DNA of 59,169 nucleotides from Vermamoeba vermiformis (GCA_045837725.1 JBEWZL010000263.1:248001-307169), one strand, 5' to 3'. Shown: positions 1 to 14,266, counted from the first letter of the stretch. Program-made: numbers and translations. The notes: generated from the sequence alone by a model not told the origin.

Positions 1-3000
1 AAAACTTTGGAAACTAATGTCCAAGATGGATCCGTTGTTTTCACATTTCGACAACAGGACTCCAATGCGAACTATATTATTGGTGATATTCGCTGTACTG
101 CCTCGAACTAGCCTTTGACGGCATAGTAGTCTCCATGACGAGTTTTCTGAGCTCTGTCAGCGCTGTATTGAGTTCAACCTCGTTCAAGATGATCGTCTCC
201 ATTTGCTCGCGGGTGATTTGGCTGAAACAAAGTCTTATTAAGACCAACTCTATTAAAACATAATTGAGATATTACGTACCATAGGGCATAAAGTGAAGTG
301 ATGCCGTTGCGTTGAAAGTCGTGGTAATAATGTTCCATATTCAGACCTCGAAAGAAGTTCAACATGTCAGCAGGCAAAGTACTTAGCGTGCACGTGATTG
401 GCTGTAATTGGCGCGGTGTGGGGTCTTGAACGGTAATGTACAAACACAAAATTGTTTTTCGCTCTGAAATTTCACTTTCGTTAGATCTGACTAACACTGT
501 TATCGTATAATCGCTTACCTAGCATTTTGGGTCCAATACAGAGCAATAAGCCATTATAATGCATCTTTAATGCCTAAATAAGACAGTTAGATCCTGGTCC
601 AATTAACGCAAGTAGCGGATGTGGCTCACCCAAAACGCTTTGAAGTTCGGGTCCCAAAATGCTTTAGGCAACGAGTGCTTATCGGTGAGCACGGGTGATA
701 TTAACTGAATGCAGTAGTGTCCTGTCGGCATGGTCTGTGAATCACAAATGCACATTTCACGTGCCATCAACAACTTTGGCAACTCATTGATGTGGCTGCA
801 AATAAAGGTTAGCACCGACATTACCAAATTAGGCAAGAGACTTACGGGATCGCTTGAATGCGCGGGTCATTGGGTATGAACAGCTCCATGTACTGTTGCT
901 TGATCGTGCCCAAACCAGGCCACAACAGCCCTCCGTGCCAAGCTGGGGGTGGCTCAATGCGTGTCAGCACGAGTGGTCCGTCAGCAATGTACGGCAACAA
1001 CACTTTTTGCTGCGCTTTGGAGCTGTCACTGGCCTTAGTCTTCTCGGAACTGCTGTGTGATTGGCGCAAGTTGTCGGGAGTTCTGTTCCTTGAAGGCGGG
1101 TACAACTGATTTTGCTCCGAATAATTCACACCCTCACTGCTATTGTTGGTGTTGTTATTCGTATTATTGATGTTGTTATTGTTGAGGGCCTGTGTCGTGT
1201 TAGATACTGGGATCATTTTTCCGTCCGGGCCACTGTAATAATTCCATTGGTAATTGGTGTTATTGTTGTTGTTATTCACGGCGTTGTTTATGCGCGCTGA
1301 AGGGTCCTCTTGACTGTCATTAATCGTGATCACATTTTGTTCCTGGTAGCTCGGCACAGCTGCAGTCTGTTGGTGTTGCACTAACGGTGCCATCGTCTTT
1401 GTGACTTTATCAGGACTGACTCTGAAATATTTATCTAATGGACCTATGATACGCGGTGAGGTGCTGTCATTATCGTTGGTATTGTTACCCTCCGCGATGT
1501 TGTTTGAAAATCCCTCGGGGTTCGGCTGAACATGCTGTCTTGGACTGATTGAGGGCGCAGTATTAGTGCCGGGGATGGCATTATTGTTATTGACTGCATT
1601 AGCTCTCGGCATTGGAGGACTATTCGGGGGCAAGTAGCTCTGCTCATCGAGCTCAAAATTGGTCAGTCCAAACTCGCTCGACCTCGCCAAGTCATTGTCA
1701 GGTCTCGTCTGTTGTTCCTGCCCTTGCTGCTGTTCAATTTGGATGTCTGGCACTGCCTGATGATCCGTGTACTGTTGCGTTAATTGTCCTAAATCATCTG
1801 GTGAGTGTGCTGGCGAGGCATGATCTCGCTCAGGCGAGCGATTACTTTGTTCGTCTTGGCCGTATGGCGCAGCTGACTCTTGTGACGCTTGTGACTGACT
1901 GGCGGCGCTCCAATACGACCAGTATTCGTCCGTGCGATAAATTTGGCGGCGCGAGGGACGAGAGTTGGGTTTCAATCGATTCAACTCGCTTTGATCCGCA
2001 TCGGGCACCTCAATGTGCATCGGATTGTTGTTTTGAGGTCCGTTGTTGGTGTCGCTAACCTCGCCTGAGCGCTGTAGAAATCTCGCAGTGCTAATCATCA
2101 TACATCTGTTTCTTTCAGTGTTGTTATTGACCTGTGCACTGGCACCATCACTTTGATTGTTAGCTCAGGTTGTGCATCTGTCACTTTGTCACTCTCCGGT
2201 GGCTGATTTGACTGCTGTAGTGGCTCTACTTCCATCGGCTCTGCGCTTGCACTGCTAGTCGTAGTGGCGCGTGAATCTAAGGGCTGAGTGCTATGTGTAG
2301 ACACTTGAGTTGTGCTCGTGTTATTGATGTTATTGTTATTATCGCTATTAGTCGGGCTTGTTGAACGAGTTTGAGCGCTTTCAGAACTCGGCACTAATCT
2401 TCGTGGTGGCAAGGCTACTGACCGTCGCATAGGTTTTTCTGGTTTTCGGTTAGTATCTAGAATAACGACATCGTCTTCAGAAGCGCTGTTTGAATTATTA
2501 CTTAATAGCTCCCTAGGTGATGGTTCTTTGCTCGCTGTAGTCGTTGGTGGCTCTATTACTGGTTTACTGTCAACTTGTTCGGTGGTGGGTTGTGGCTGGG
2601 TGTTGTTATTATTTACAATGGGCGCGGGTTGAGGCTGGTCGTATGTCGCGGCACTGGCTGACTGCACGTCGGCAGTATCTAAAGTGAGCTGCAATTGCAC
2701 TGGATGATTCAAATTTGCATCGTATGTGGCGTCGACTTGTTGAGCGGTCGTGTGCTCTGGGTGACCGAAATATTGCACTGGGGCTGGTGATGAGTCATAC
2801 GCCGCTGTGCTGCCTGCTGGTTGTGACTCGACATTCATCGGTTGACTGTTGTACTGGGATGACACTAAGCCCGCACTGTATGGCACTGTGTTGTCTGTCA
2901 AATCAACCGGTTGATTGTAATCAGCACCGTCTACGTAACGTGGAGGCAATTTCTGTGGATAAGCGGAGTACGAGTACGTCTGTTGTTGTTGGTGCTGCTG

Positions 3001-5430
3001 GTACGTTTGGGGTCCGAACGAATTGTAGTAGCTCGTTTGATTCCCCGCTGGTACTTCAACCGTGTGCGGCGGATACTGTTGCGAGGAAGTACGCAGCGTA
3101 GCATTGCTTTGACTGGGATTGACACTCACTCGCAATGAGTTTGGCGAGGTCGAGTGCGGTTGCAAATTTGGCTGTGAACTGAACGTAAATTGTGGCTGTG
3201 AGTATTGTCCCTGTTGTTGGTAAGACTGTGAGGGATACTGCGCTGGTTGTTGCGTGGAGTATTGCGCTTGGTTTGAGTGGGAGTACGGTGCTGGCTGCGT
3301 TTGAAACGAGTGATTGTACTGTGCTTGTAGACTTGGCTGCGAGGAAGAGTACTGCCCTTGTTGCGTTTGGCTTGTATAACCAGTCCCATAAGTCGGTTGA
3401 GTAGCAGACATCGAGGGCTGACTTGGGGCGAACTGATTGGCGTACTGCTGGACCATTCTGCGATACTGATCTTGATAATTATGGTACGGTAAGTTTGTGT
3501 TTGTGGTTGTGGTTTGAGCTGAAGGCATGTGCTGCGTGGCATTGTGTGAGACAACAGGCACTGCGTGTGGCACTGAAGGCTGTTGCATTGACGGTGAAAT
3601 TGCTCGCTGCGGGGGTGCTGGAGAAGTGGAAGGCGAAGGTGATAAAGCCCGTGCTTGTGGTTGTGGTTGCGATAACGCATGTCGAGCTGGCACTGATTGA
3701 GGAGCTTGCGGCTGTGTTGTTTGTGACGAGGTAGTGACAGCGTGGCCAGTGCCAGAAGATCGCTTCAAAATTGGTGGTGAAGGCATATTGGGACGCTTTG
3801 CAGCATTGGGAGATTTCTTGGCATCTGTCGAGGTTTTGATGTTTGGGGTGCCACTGAGAGTTGAAAGTGTGACCTCTGGAAATACAGTTGGAAGGGACGT
3901 GTGCAGTGGTACTCGCACGGCTGGTGAGGTGGTTCCTTTTGGCGTAGGTGTCGGGGCTCGTTGTGGTGGCGCAGGGGCGGGTTTGTTTGTTGTACTGGTT
4001 GTGCTCGTTGTGCTCATTGCGCTCGTTGTGCTCACTTTGCTTGTTGTGTTAGTCGGTGCAGTCGCTGTAGTGGTGGCTGTGGCGGTGGTTGGAAAAGATC
4101 CACGCAGTGGTACTCGAGCGGCAGGTGAGGTGGCTCCTTTTGGTGGCGTAGGTGATGGAGCTCGTTGTGGCACAGGAACGGGTTTGTTTGTAGTACTAGT
4201 CGTGCTCACTGTATTCGAACTGGCTGTGTTCACTCTGTTTGCTGTGGTCGGTAGGGTCAGTGTAGTGGTCGCTGCGGCGGTGATGGGTTTTGGCGCAATT
4301 GGGGTAATTGGCTTGGTCGCGGTACTCTGCAGGCCCGCAGTCAGCGTCGCCTTTTTCTGCTCAAGTGCCTTTTGAACGACAGCAAGAGCAGTGACTGTGT
4401 CTTGCAATCTGAACGCGATGCCATTGACTTTAGGGTCTACTTTCGGTGGGGCTGGATTAGCACTCGTATTGCCAGTGCCCAATTGCGAGACTGGTTTCTG
4501 CGTAGGCAGCCCTAGTTGCGTATTTTGTGCCTGTGGCTGAGCGTTGTTCGAAGGCAAGACAGTGGGCCCGGGGTGCGCGACGATAATGCCTTGTTGAGTG
4601 ATTGCAAAGCGATAGCTTTGCTTGGGACTGCTTGGTACTCTCGCCACGACATTGGCAGGGACTGGAATGCCTGCTGTGTTCGTCGCATTTGGAGGCAACA
4701 CTACGGGCTGAATTGCTATCCTATGCAGAAGAGTTAGTCGACTGGATCGTACTGGCGGATGGACTTACTTGGGTGGCGCTGGTGTAGGTTGTTTAGGTGC
4801 AATGGTAATGGGCGGTTTATTCGTGCTGGTAGCAGGTGTTGGGGCCTTGTTAGGAGTATTTGGGTTATTGGGTAAGGCTGGACTCGCTAGATGCTTCGTG
4901 CTAATGCGAGGGCTTTCGGTGGCTGCAGTGGTTGTAGTTGAATTACTCTTGGTAGATGAGTAATTACTACCGCCATTATTATTATTATTACTGACAGATT
5001 TGTTCGCGTTTACGTCAGTTTGTGATCCGGAATCTAGTACACGGCATTAGCAACTAAGTAATATGCTTTAAAATATTTTACCATCAGCTGCACTGAAAAA
5101 TGAAGAAAACCATTCATTGGCTTGCTCTAAATTATTTTTCGGGGATTTTCTTGGGTGTTCGATCTCAGATGTATCTCGCTCTCCACTTCCAAGAGTGTCG
5201 CTTATTTTTCTCTTTTTACTAAATATTATTTAGTAATTAATATCGTATTATTGAGCTATTCTAATTTAGTTAAAGCCAGATCGACTACTTTGCAGACAAA
5301 AATTCTGTTCTTGCTTGACTGAAAGTAGTAATTATTACCTATTAGCGCTTGGCTCTTCTATGTCTATTGCAAATTCATTCTCGTCTTCAAATCCTTCGTT
5401 CAGATCGATCACTTCGTCGTCGTTGGACAT
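1..5430 (-). CDS. Large multi-exon low-complexity (T/S/P/Q/N-rich) protein with a C-proximal SAM-like domain; runs off the left edge
   Basis: ATG at 5430 (MSNDDEVIDL...). GT-AG introns join it to ORFs 2098-4701 and 842-2101, with a frame break near 2072-2167. Exons near 130-380 give LPADMLNFFRGLNMEHYYHDFQRNGITSLYAL..QITREQMETI, a SAM-like pattern. Confidence 0.7.
3880..4215 (-). repeat. Internal ~40-aa duplication in the low-complexity protein
   Basis: STTSTTNKPVPVPQRAPSPTPPKGATSPAARVPLRGSFPT versus STTSTTNKPAPAPPQRAPTPTPKGTTSPAVRVPLHTSLPT. Confidence 0.85.
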
Positions 5431-5602
5431 TGCTTCGTCTTCATTGCAAAGTCAAATAATATCCACAAAAATTTATTTATAGTATGCTCGTCATGCGCAT
5501 GATTAACTTAAATTTAATAAATAATTTTTTTTTGGCGGCAACACGTTTTGTATCAGATCGTTTTGTAAGATCGCAAAAGACTTCCGACAAAGACCGTCGC
5601 GT

Positions 5603-8127
5603 TTATTGCTGCGTAACAAACGTCGAAACAGTTACATGATCACTGTGCTTCAAAGCTTCTTTCAAATGCTTCGCGCACGTAAATATCAAGCCAAGGTTAA
5701 ATGCCAAAAACGCAGCGTTAAAATGTTCGTTTGCGATGTTTTGTGGTTCAGTTCTAAATAAGGAAATTAATAAATTTAATAAATTAATCAGTCAATCTTT
5801 TTGAATCGTAATCTAGTTTTCCGTGACTTACTCTGCCTCGGCCTTTTGACACGCTTGCAAATAGTGATAAGAGTACTATGATAATCAAGTCAGTTAATAG
5901 TGCTATTGTTTATATATACATATCATTTTTCTTACCGATGCCTCAGTGCCCATCTCGCCAGGGTTGCAATTTTCTATTTTTGAAATTGTATTCGAAAATG
6001 ATTCCTCACGCTCCGCGTACGTGCTCAATAATAATACAGGACCTATAATATGATTATAAGACATCGTAACAACCATATGCTTCGACTTACTATCTTCCAT
6101 AATGGTGTTAATGTTCTCCAAAGCTTTTTGCAAATTTCCTAATTTCATGAAACAAAACGCCAGATCCAACCGAAGTGTGAACCTACAACGATAAATGAGA
6201 TACTATAGCTACGACGCGATAAATATATCACTATTTAGGAGTACCTAAGGTTCGCTGATTGCACGCCTTGAGGGCACAAATGCAAGGCCTCTTCTAAATT
6301 ATTTACAGCTTCGTCTAATATAGACTTTTTGGTGCCCTAATAAACCATTAATAAGCCGCTGTTCAAATAAGGCAAATTATTATAACGTACCTGTACTAAC
6401 AAAATTCTTCCGCTTCTTCTCAACGCGCCAATCAAATTGTTTTTGCACGCGTTGACGTCGAATATTGAAGGTCTGTTCATCGATTTATCGCCAATTTCTA
6501 ATGAATTATGAATGCTCAACGCCTAAAGAATGAATTAGCAATTGGTCTAAGAGTGTTGTTCGAGTGACCTCGTACCTTTCTGTATTGTTTTGTAGCTTCA
6601 ATATAATCCTCGTTATTGAAGTAAATGTTGCCTTTCAACATGTGCGAATAAGGTTCGTGCGGGTACATTTCAATGGCCTCGTCGATGGTCTTCAACGCGT
6701 CTTCGATTTGACCTACGCAGGCAACAACGTCATTAATATGCATGTCTAAATGCTATTCATAATGACATTCGTACCTTCTTTGCTCGAGATGTTAGCCATG
6801 TTATAATACGCGACTAGATTTTGTGGCTCAATTTTCTTTAATCGCCTGAATTAAAAAGTTAGTCCAGGTTTGCTAACAACGACTAGCGAGGACTTACTTC
6901 GATAAGAAATACGCCTTTTGAAGCATTTCCGATCGGTCGGCTGGTTCGTCTTGCGCGTCAGCGACCTCCATCAAAATTGCCGCACAATTCCTAAAAAGGA
7001 AAAACTATTAGATCCGCACATTGCTTTCGGTACCATATTCTGACTTACATTAAACTAGGCGTATGATTAACATTGATATTCAGTGCATTGAAGTAATATT
7101 TCAGTGCTCGTGCCGTGTTCTTCTTTTCAACGTCGTACAAATAAGCCAAGTGATAGTGGGCCAAAAAATTCTCGTCTCTGTAGTCGCATTTAATTGCCTC
7201 TTTTAGCAGTTGAATTGCTTCTGACACACGTGATTTTAGCTTAGCGCCTATAATCACTAGTATTAATATAAAACTTTGGTAAAATTGTGCACGCGCGACT
7301 TGCCTTTTCTTTTGTAATAAATGATCGTCGCCAAATTGGTCAAACAAACTGTGTTATTGCTATATTTGGCAGTTAGTACTGTACAAAGAAATTTTCGCAA
7401 AGAATAAATGTACCTCGAGGCCTGCAACGCCTTCTTATAATAGGCCTTGGCAGTGACGCTGTCATGGAGTTCGTATTCGTAGTAAATGCCTTTGTGCAGC
7501 AAATACTCGCTCGTGGCCAGTAATTGACACAGCTGTGCCACTTGCGCACAATCACGTGCTTGTCCGTTCATGAACAGATTGTACGCGTATTCGACTTGAG
7601 CACCCAAATCTCCGGGCTTAGTTGCTGCTCGTGCGCGAGCAATTGATAAATTCTTTTCAACATTTGCCAAGTGATTCTAAGAAAACATTAGCACAATAAT
7701 AATACTTGTAGATAAAAAAAAATTCTATACCGGATCCTCCTTTGCGAGTGTCTCATTGATGGCTTTGATTTGCTTCGCGTTATCTTCGAGCTGTATATTG
7801 TCATTAGTAACATAACTACTCTCAACGGTTTGAAATGGATCTAATTTGAAAAGTCAACGAAAAATTTGATGAACTCACCGAAGCGGATGCAGTTGACAAA
7901 ATGCGCGTTAATGCCCGGATTGAGATCCATTTAGCCACTAAGTCCGCTTGAGCTTCTTCATAAGCGTTAAATAAGGTCTCCTTGTCTAAAAGTAATCGCA
8001 GGATCTCAAACACGAGCTGATATTGATTGTCTTGACTTTCTGATGCTTTTAAATTTTCCATTAACTTTGTAATATTGCTGATCTTGTTTGGTGGCAAGCC
8101 AATGAATTTATGTTCGAGTTTCTTGGT
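5603..8127 (-). CDS. Tetratricopeptide-repeat (TPR) protein, multi-exon; may be the 3' part of the upstream F-box gene
   Basis: TPR-like exons such as AKAYYKKALQ, AHYHLAYLYDVEKKNTARALKYYFNAL, SHMLKGNIYFNNEDYIEATKQYRK and LAFCFMKLGNLQKALE. The last exon ends ...FVTQQ*, TAA at 5603-5605. Confidence 0.75.
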
Positions 8128-8292
8128 CTGAAAAAATTAATTAATATTTCGGTATTTTGAATGAGCTTGTATGGCCTAAAAAAAGCCAGACAAAGATTAA
8201 ATATTGTATTTATATAGATAATAATATTTTTGAAAAATATTTCAATGGATTTGGAGTTAGTATTTTGAACGATCTTGAGTTGATGGTTGGAT

Positions 8293-9756
8293 CTAGCTGT
8301 TAAGGGTACATTTACTTACAGATAGCGCACGTTGAAATAAACTACTTTTAGTTCCATTCTTTTTGCTGAGATCTGCTTCTACTCCAGCCACGATCGAAGA
8401 TCTCATTATTGAGGTGCCTCGATCTCTAATTAGTTTTGACGACGCTGACCTAACCGCTAGTCGAAGCATCGTGTTGAGGTACAGGACAAATAAATAGATG
8501 GACAAAAAGGTTTCTTTGGCCACTTGTTTTTTTGGCAGATCGCAAAAATTTACTTTTGGTCAAACGAGGTTAGATAGGAACACAATTACTACTATAATAA
8601 ATATCCCTCTTGCTCGTTTAAAGCTTTCAGGTCCGTTCACGTCCGCACTAGTGAAGAGATCAAACAAGAATAAGATCAGCGTTGCAATTAAAAATAGAGT
8701 CTGCAGAGGCGCCAAATAAAAAATCCACGGGGCCATATAGCACACTGCTAATATCAATCTGATGCCTTTGTGGCGTATTACTTTACACAGAGCAAATACG
8801 ATGAGACCAAATCCAACCATGACGAGTTGATGAGCCACGGGACCGATCGATAATAGAATTAATAGCGCGATCGATCCTAATCGTGCTAATATACTTCCAT
8901 TACGGCAAGTGAAATTTCCAAGAATTGTGTTGGTAATAAGTTGATGCTTGTTCTGAAAAATGTTCCAAAGGACCACGGCTTCAAGTCCCATAATAAATAC
9001 TGCATTGTGTTTTCCGACGTAGTCGCTGCCTTAATTTGACTGACTAGTGCATCGGGTCTGAACAGCAACCCATCCAAAAATGGCAAAAACGATAGCAAGA
9101 TCTAGACACAAAATTAATTCAGTGTTGTTATCAATCTATCGGACCAATATAATATCAGTTAATAGAATATTAATATTATAATATATTCGCCAAGTTCTTA
9201 CGAAAAGGACAACGAGTAGCTCCGAAATACGAGTTCTGTTTTTCAGATCCGCGCTTCTGGTTGCTTTTTTTATGTATCGCCAAATTATGAATGGATATAA
9301 CCACACGGGATATATTAATATGGTCTTAATAAACTTCCACAAAGTTTCAGGTCTCTGCGCTAAATTATGATTTAGCCAAGGAACGTAAAGCTGATCGACT
9401 TTGTATCGCTGTGAATTGTTTGAAAATCTCGTTAAAGTGTGGTTAATAGTCGACATATTCATCGGTAAAGAGCGTCTAATAACCAAAAAATAAGCTATCT
9501 TTGGAGAAAAGAGCTCATCCGCTCCAAATAAGTCGAGCTTGTTTGGCCAGCCTTCAATTTCCTCGTATATATCCGGATAATTTTGTTTGATTTTAAATGC
9601 TAGTCGCTCTTTCAACCATGAAGGGTGCTGGGATATAATCTTGTGCCAGTATTTGCTCGTCAATGACAAATTCAATAGCTCCTCGTCTTTGAAATTCATT
9701 GGGTCAAAAAATTGTTGCATAATTTCGAGTTGCATATCTAACGGCAAATAACTCAT
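8293..9756 (-). CDS. F-box protein with downstream hydrophobic/transmembrane region
   Basis: N-terminal LPLDMQLEIMQQFF...LLNLSLTSKYWHKIISQHPSW is an F-box pattern. Downstream ORFs 8293-9098 are hydrophobic; internal splicing is uncertain. Confidence 0.7.
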
Positions 9757-10102
9757 AGTACTCTGACTGCCAACAAATAAAATTTAATCATAATAATTAA
9801 AAAATAAAGCGGTAATTTTACGGTGAATAAATCAATTATGCTTATAAATTATAGAATATTGATTTATAAATTAATTAAGTACCTTTCTTTGGGTAGGTGG
9901 TTATTCCTTCGCATTATTGAAAGCGCCGCATATGCGCTGATAAGCAGGGCAGTACTGCTCGTTAGCGGCAATTTATGTAATATAAACATCAGACTTGTAC
10001 ATACAAACATTTAATTAGAACAGTTCCGAAATTTTTTTTCCATGCAAAAATCCTTCTGAAGTTGTTACCGTTACAGTCTATTTTGTCAACATTAATTATG
10101 TT

Positions 10103-10642
10103 ATGAACACAACACAATCTACCGAATCAAGTGCCTCGAAACCCTCTCCTGAGGTCGTTGCCCGGCTGCTGGAGATAGCGCAAGAGATCGACAAAGTAAA
10201 AGAAAAATTAAACGAAGCAAAAGCAAACCTTGAAGCATGTTTTTATGCGCAAAAGAAAATCCCAAATGTATCGGAGAGTACTCGCATCAAGGTGAACAAG
10301 CTGATTTACCACATCGAAGATAAAATCGACGATATCTGCGCAGAAATTAGAGCTCTTCAAAAAATAGTAGCTATTGATGGTATTATATTTTTATATTCTT
10401 GATTGTTCTCGCGCTATGCAAAATTTCTTCAGAGATTCGCAAAAACGCGTTTTTCAATAATTTACGATTGTTAGTACATAGAGCTGTTACCCAGAGAGCG
10501 TACGAAGTCAATGCTCCGTTGGTTGCTGGTAAAATCTTGCTTAGAATGGGACGTTCTACTACATCTCCCCAATAACGAAGAAGAAATTATTGAACTATTT
10601 TGGAAAGAGAGAAGGTCAAAAAAAGGAGTTAATTATAATTAA
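10103..10642 (+). CDS. Hypothetical coiled-coil protein, 2 exons
   Basis: ORF from 10103, a phase-1 GT-AG intron at ~10380-10481, then a second exon ELLPRERTK...GVNYN*. Confidence 0.6.
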
Positions 10643-10740
10643 ATAATTGTGTTTGATCTCCAATGCAATATATACGCTGCGGATAAGTTTCTAATCGATT
10701 TTATTCGCTGCTTACAAAGGCTGCAAATGAGATACAAAAT

Positions 10741-13700
10741 TTAAATTCTTGTAAATCCCGCCGCATAGGCCTCAGCCCAAGCGTATTGTAATTTTTCGAG
10801 AATTACTTGCTTGTCGCCATAATCGGGCAAATATAAGGTCCAAAAACACGTGCTACTCATCGGCAAGGCCTGAATATTATCAAACTTCGTAATGTTGATC
10901 TTCTTGTTCATCTTTGTAGGCAATGTATTTAATCCAGTGATATAATGTACGAATTTTCTCTTTTGTTCCGCGTCAAATTCTTGAATCAGATCCAAAACCT
11001 CATTTGGTGTCTTCGAATCACTGTCAAATCTGCTGAATTCAATAGCCGCTATTAACTGCTTGGTATCTATAGTCTCTCGTCCGCATATTAATAGTCTTAA
11101 TAAACTTTCATCGCAGTTCATGACCATTTTGTAGTTGTAACTAGAGTCAAAAAATCCATCGCGGATCGAATCCAAAGCTTCGACTCTAGAGCCAATCAAT
11201 GTATATCTAACCTTCCTATTAACATAATCACTCTTATTCTCGTTCGTGACGTATTCTGCGTGATCGGATCCGTCTTCGAAGTCCCAATCAATCGTTGTTG
11301 AATTGACCGGCAAATCAATATGCAATACAGACGACACTCCGTTGAATAAATCTTCGTCAAAATTCTTCAAATCTGCTAAGCTAAATTCTGCTTCGACTCC
11401 TTTCTTCAAATATCTGAAGAAAAAGTTCGGAAATTGAACACCGATCGGGATCCGATCCACAATGGCCACTCGAAACATTATTCTTCCAATGGTATAATAT
11501 ATCTTCTTCTCTTCGTCCGATAAGCTCTGTTCGATATCTTTCATCGCTTTAGGCAAGTACGGTGCGTGGTTATAACTCTCAAATAAATTCTTGTCGCTCT
11601 CCATCAATTCCTTGAAAAACAATGAATATGCATCTGACTTCAATCCACCGGCATCAACACCGTCTTCTCCGATAAATGATATCACTAGTGGTGCTAATAT
11701 TTGTGCCGAAGACATGGTGAAGAATAGCTGTACCAAATAATCGACGATGTTTTTCCGAACGATCGAGACAGTTTGAGTCTTGCCTTCGACTTCCAAATAA
11801 GGAAAAAACTCTGCAAAGATATCTAAAGTCAGAGCTCTTGTGTATCCCAATAGCATAGTTGACAGTGTGTCGTTTTGGAATATCCGCAAAGCCATCTGAG
11901 CCATCAAGATTGGGGTACCTGACTGCGAGTCAATCGTCGGATCTGCTCCGTGCTCGAGCAACAAATCTCCAACCTCTTTCCACAATGGATGACTGGCATC
12001 AGTAGCAACAGATGTAGGGCAAAAGAATCGATCTGCCACGAGCTTCAACGGAGTCAAGCCTCGTGCTGTAGGATCGATGTTGGGATTAGCGCCATAAGTC
12101 AGCAGTGCCCGTACTATTTGGACGTGAGTGTTAGAAACAGCGTGGTGCAGGCACGACACTCTGTTGAAAGTTGTGTTCGGATCGACGCCAAGGGACAAGA
12201 GCTTGTTGACTGAGGCGTAGAGACCCGACTCGGAGAAGAAAACTATCGCTGGCTTGTCATTGATCACGAGGTCGGCGGGCAGTAAATTCTCTTCAGCCAA
12301 AACTTCGAATAACTGCCACTTCTCGGCGGTAATGATCGCTGAACATAGCCGTGGCGCGTCGCTGAATGAGACAGCGTTCGTTCTGACCAACTCTCGCATG
12401 ATCACTTCAAATGCTCTAGCACTGCCTTGATGAATGGCAATGTCTATGGGCAAGTGTCCATTAGCATCTTTCACGTTCAGTGAAACTCCTTCATGAACGG
12501 CAAAAGTCATCACTTTCTTAGAGTTCATTGTACTCGCCACGTGCGCCAAGTTTCTATTATTCATGAACGGCGTCGAGTCATTCGTGAATGCACAAGTCTT
12601 GTAGAACTGAATGAATAAGTCCATCATCTCTTCTTCGGAGTGTCGTGCTGCCACGTCAATTGACAGCAATCCATCTGCGTTTCGGTGATCACGTTGAATA
12701 GATTTGACGTGCGTGTCTAAGAGTGCCAGTACTTGTTTCAAATAGATCGGATTATTACTCAGCCAGGCCGTGTGATACAAAGTGTTGCCGTTGTTGTCAA
12801 TGTTATTCGTGCTGTCATATTGAATGATTTCCTCGGCCAAGTCCACGTAACCCATCTTCACAGCGAGGTGCAGTGGTGTTAGTCCATTCATATCTTTCAT
12901 TTGCATCAACTTCTTAGCCCGTTCTTCATCGAGCCTAATCACTGACTTGATCAACTCTACTCCTCGTCCACGGGCATTAATTATGTAATGCAATATATTC
13001 TCTTGCGTCTTCTTGTCAATGTCAATATCGATAGGCAGTCCTTCTTTTATAAGGAGCGGTACTAACTGGTCTAACTGCACGTCCAATGCGTATCTTAGCG
13101 CGGAATGTCCGTTATAATCAACAGCAGTTAACAATTCTGGGAAATACGCGACAATCTTCAGCGCACATTCGAGTTGTACGTATTGCAATGCCACGTGTAA
13201 TATCGATGCACCGTCTAGTGTTCGAACGTCGAATGAAGCACCGAGCGAATCCAATTCTGTTAGTGCATCGAAATCTCCCAACGACGCAGCTAAATGCATG
13301 GCCGATAGCGAATTACTGTCCAATCTATTGATGTAGCTATTTAGAGCAAGTTTATCGTTGTTATTAATCTCGTTGAATAGGTCGATCAATTCCTTCATGG
13401 ATCCGCTCTTCTCTTTCACGATCAAATGCAACAGTCCTTCACCTTCACTGTTCTTGTCGTGCTGGAACTGATCTATTTTTAGCGCCTCTTTGAGTACATC
13501 ACGTGACGCGTTCTTTTGCAGGAAATAAGTCACGAGGGGCGGCAGACCTTGTTTGTTGCAAATTGAAAAGTCTAAAGAATTCGATTCGCACAACACGTGT
13601 AGCATTTGAACTGACTTGACGTAATGTGTCAAATGGTTGCCTAATTTGTCCACGAGTGGTCCGATCATTTCCTTTTTTGGCAATAAAGATCGTGCAACTT

Positions 13701-14266
13701 CAACTTGGTTCCAAATGACTGCCGTGTGCAAAATTGTTTGACCGTTCTTTGCGAGCCATTTGAATGCTTCGGGTATATTTTCGGAGAAATATTTGATGGC
13801 GTCAGCGCGGCCCAATTTGACGGCTAAATGCAGACAAGTCAAGCCTTGGATGTCTTCTTTGGGCACGAGATACTGCATGGACTTCAATTGTGCTAGCACG
13901 TGTAGTTGACTATTAGCACAAGCGCGGTGGGCGAGAGTGGATCCATTCGCGTCAATTTTAATCGCTAATTGAGAATTCGATTTCAGATCGTTTATGATCT
14001 GTTGTTCTGCGACTGGAATCACGACTGGACGAGTCCACTTTCGACCAGTAGGCGTCTAATAATTTTATATTAATATTGGCATTATCAAAGCATCAACTCT
14101 ATAGAGCGTGAAAAGCAAGAAATATAATTATGAAATCCGTCAATGAAAAATATTCAGAATTTTTAAATACCTTATCTTGATTAACATGCGCTTTGTCATT
14201 TGTAGAATTACCGAATTTTGAAATTAAATTGGCTACAGAGCCTCTGCTTGATTCGTCGCGCTCCAT
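10741..14266 (-). CDS. Ankyrin-repeat + HECT E3 ubiquitin ligase (HACE1-like architecture)
   Basis: Many ankyrin motifs (GLTPLHLA, GQTILHTA). HECT motifs FIGEDGVDAGGL and FVHYITG, with the catalytic Cys in LPMSSTCFWTLYLPDY. A short first exon (ATG 14266) splices to a ~3.3-kb exon. Confidence 0.93.

Noticed and set aside
3734-4375. 213-aa Val/Gly/Ala-rich plus-strand ORF and similar ORFs at 854-4963
   Set aside because: Antisense shadows of the Thr/Pro-rich minus-strand exon.
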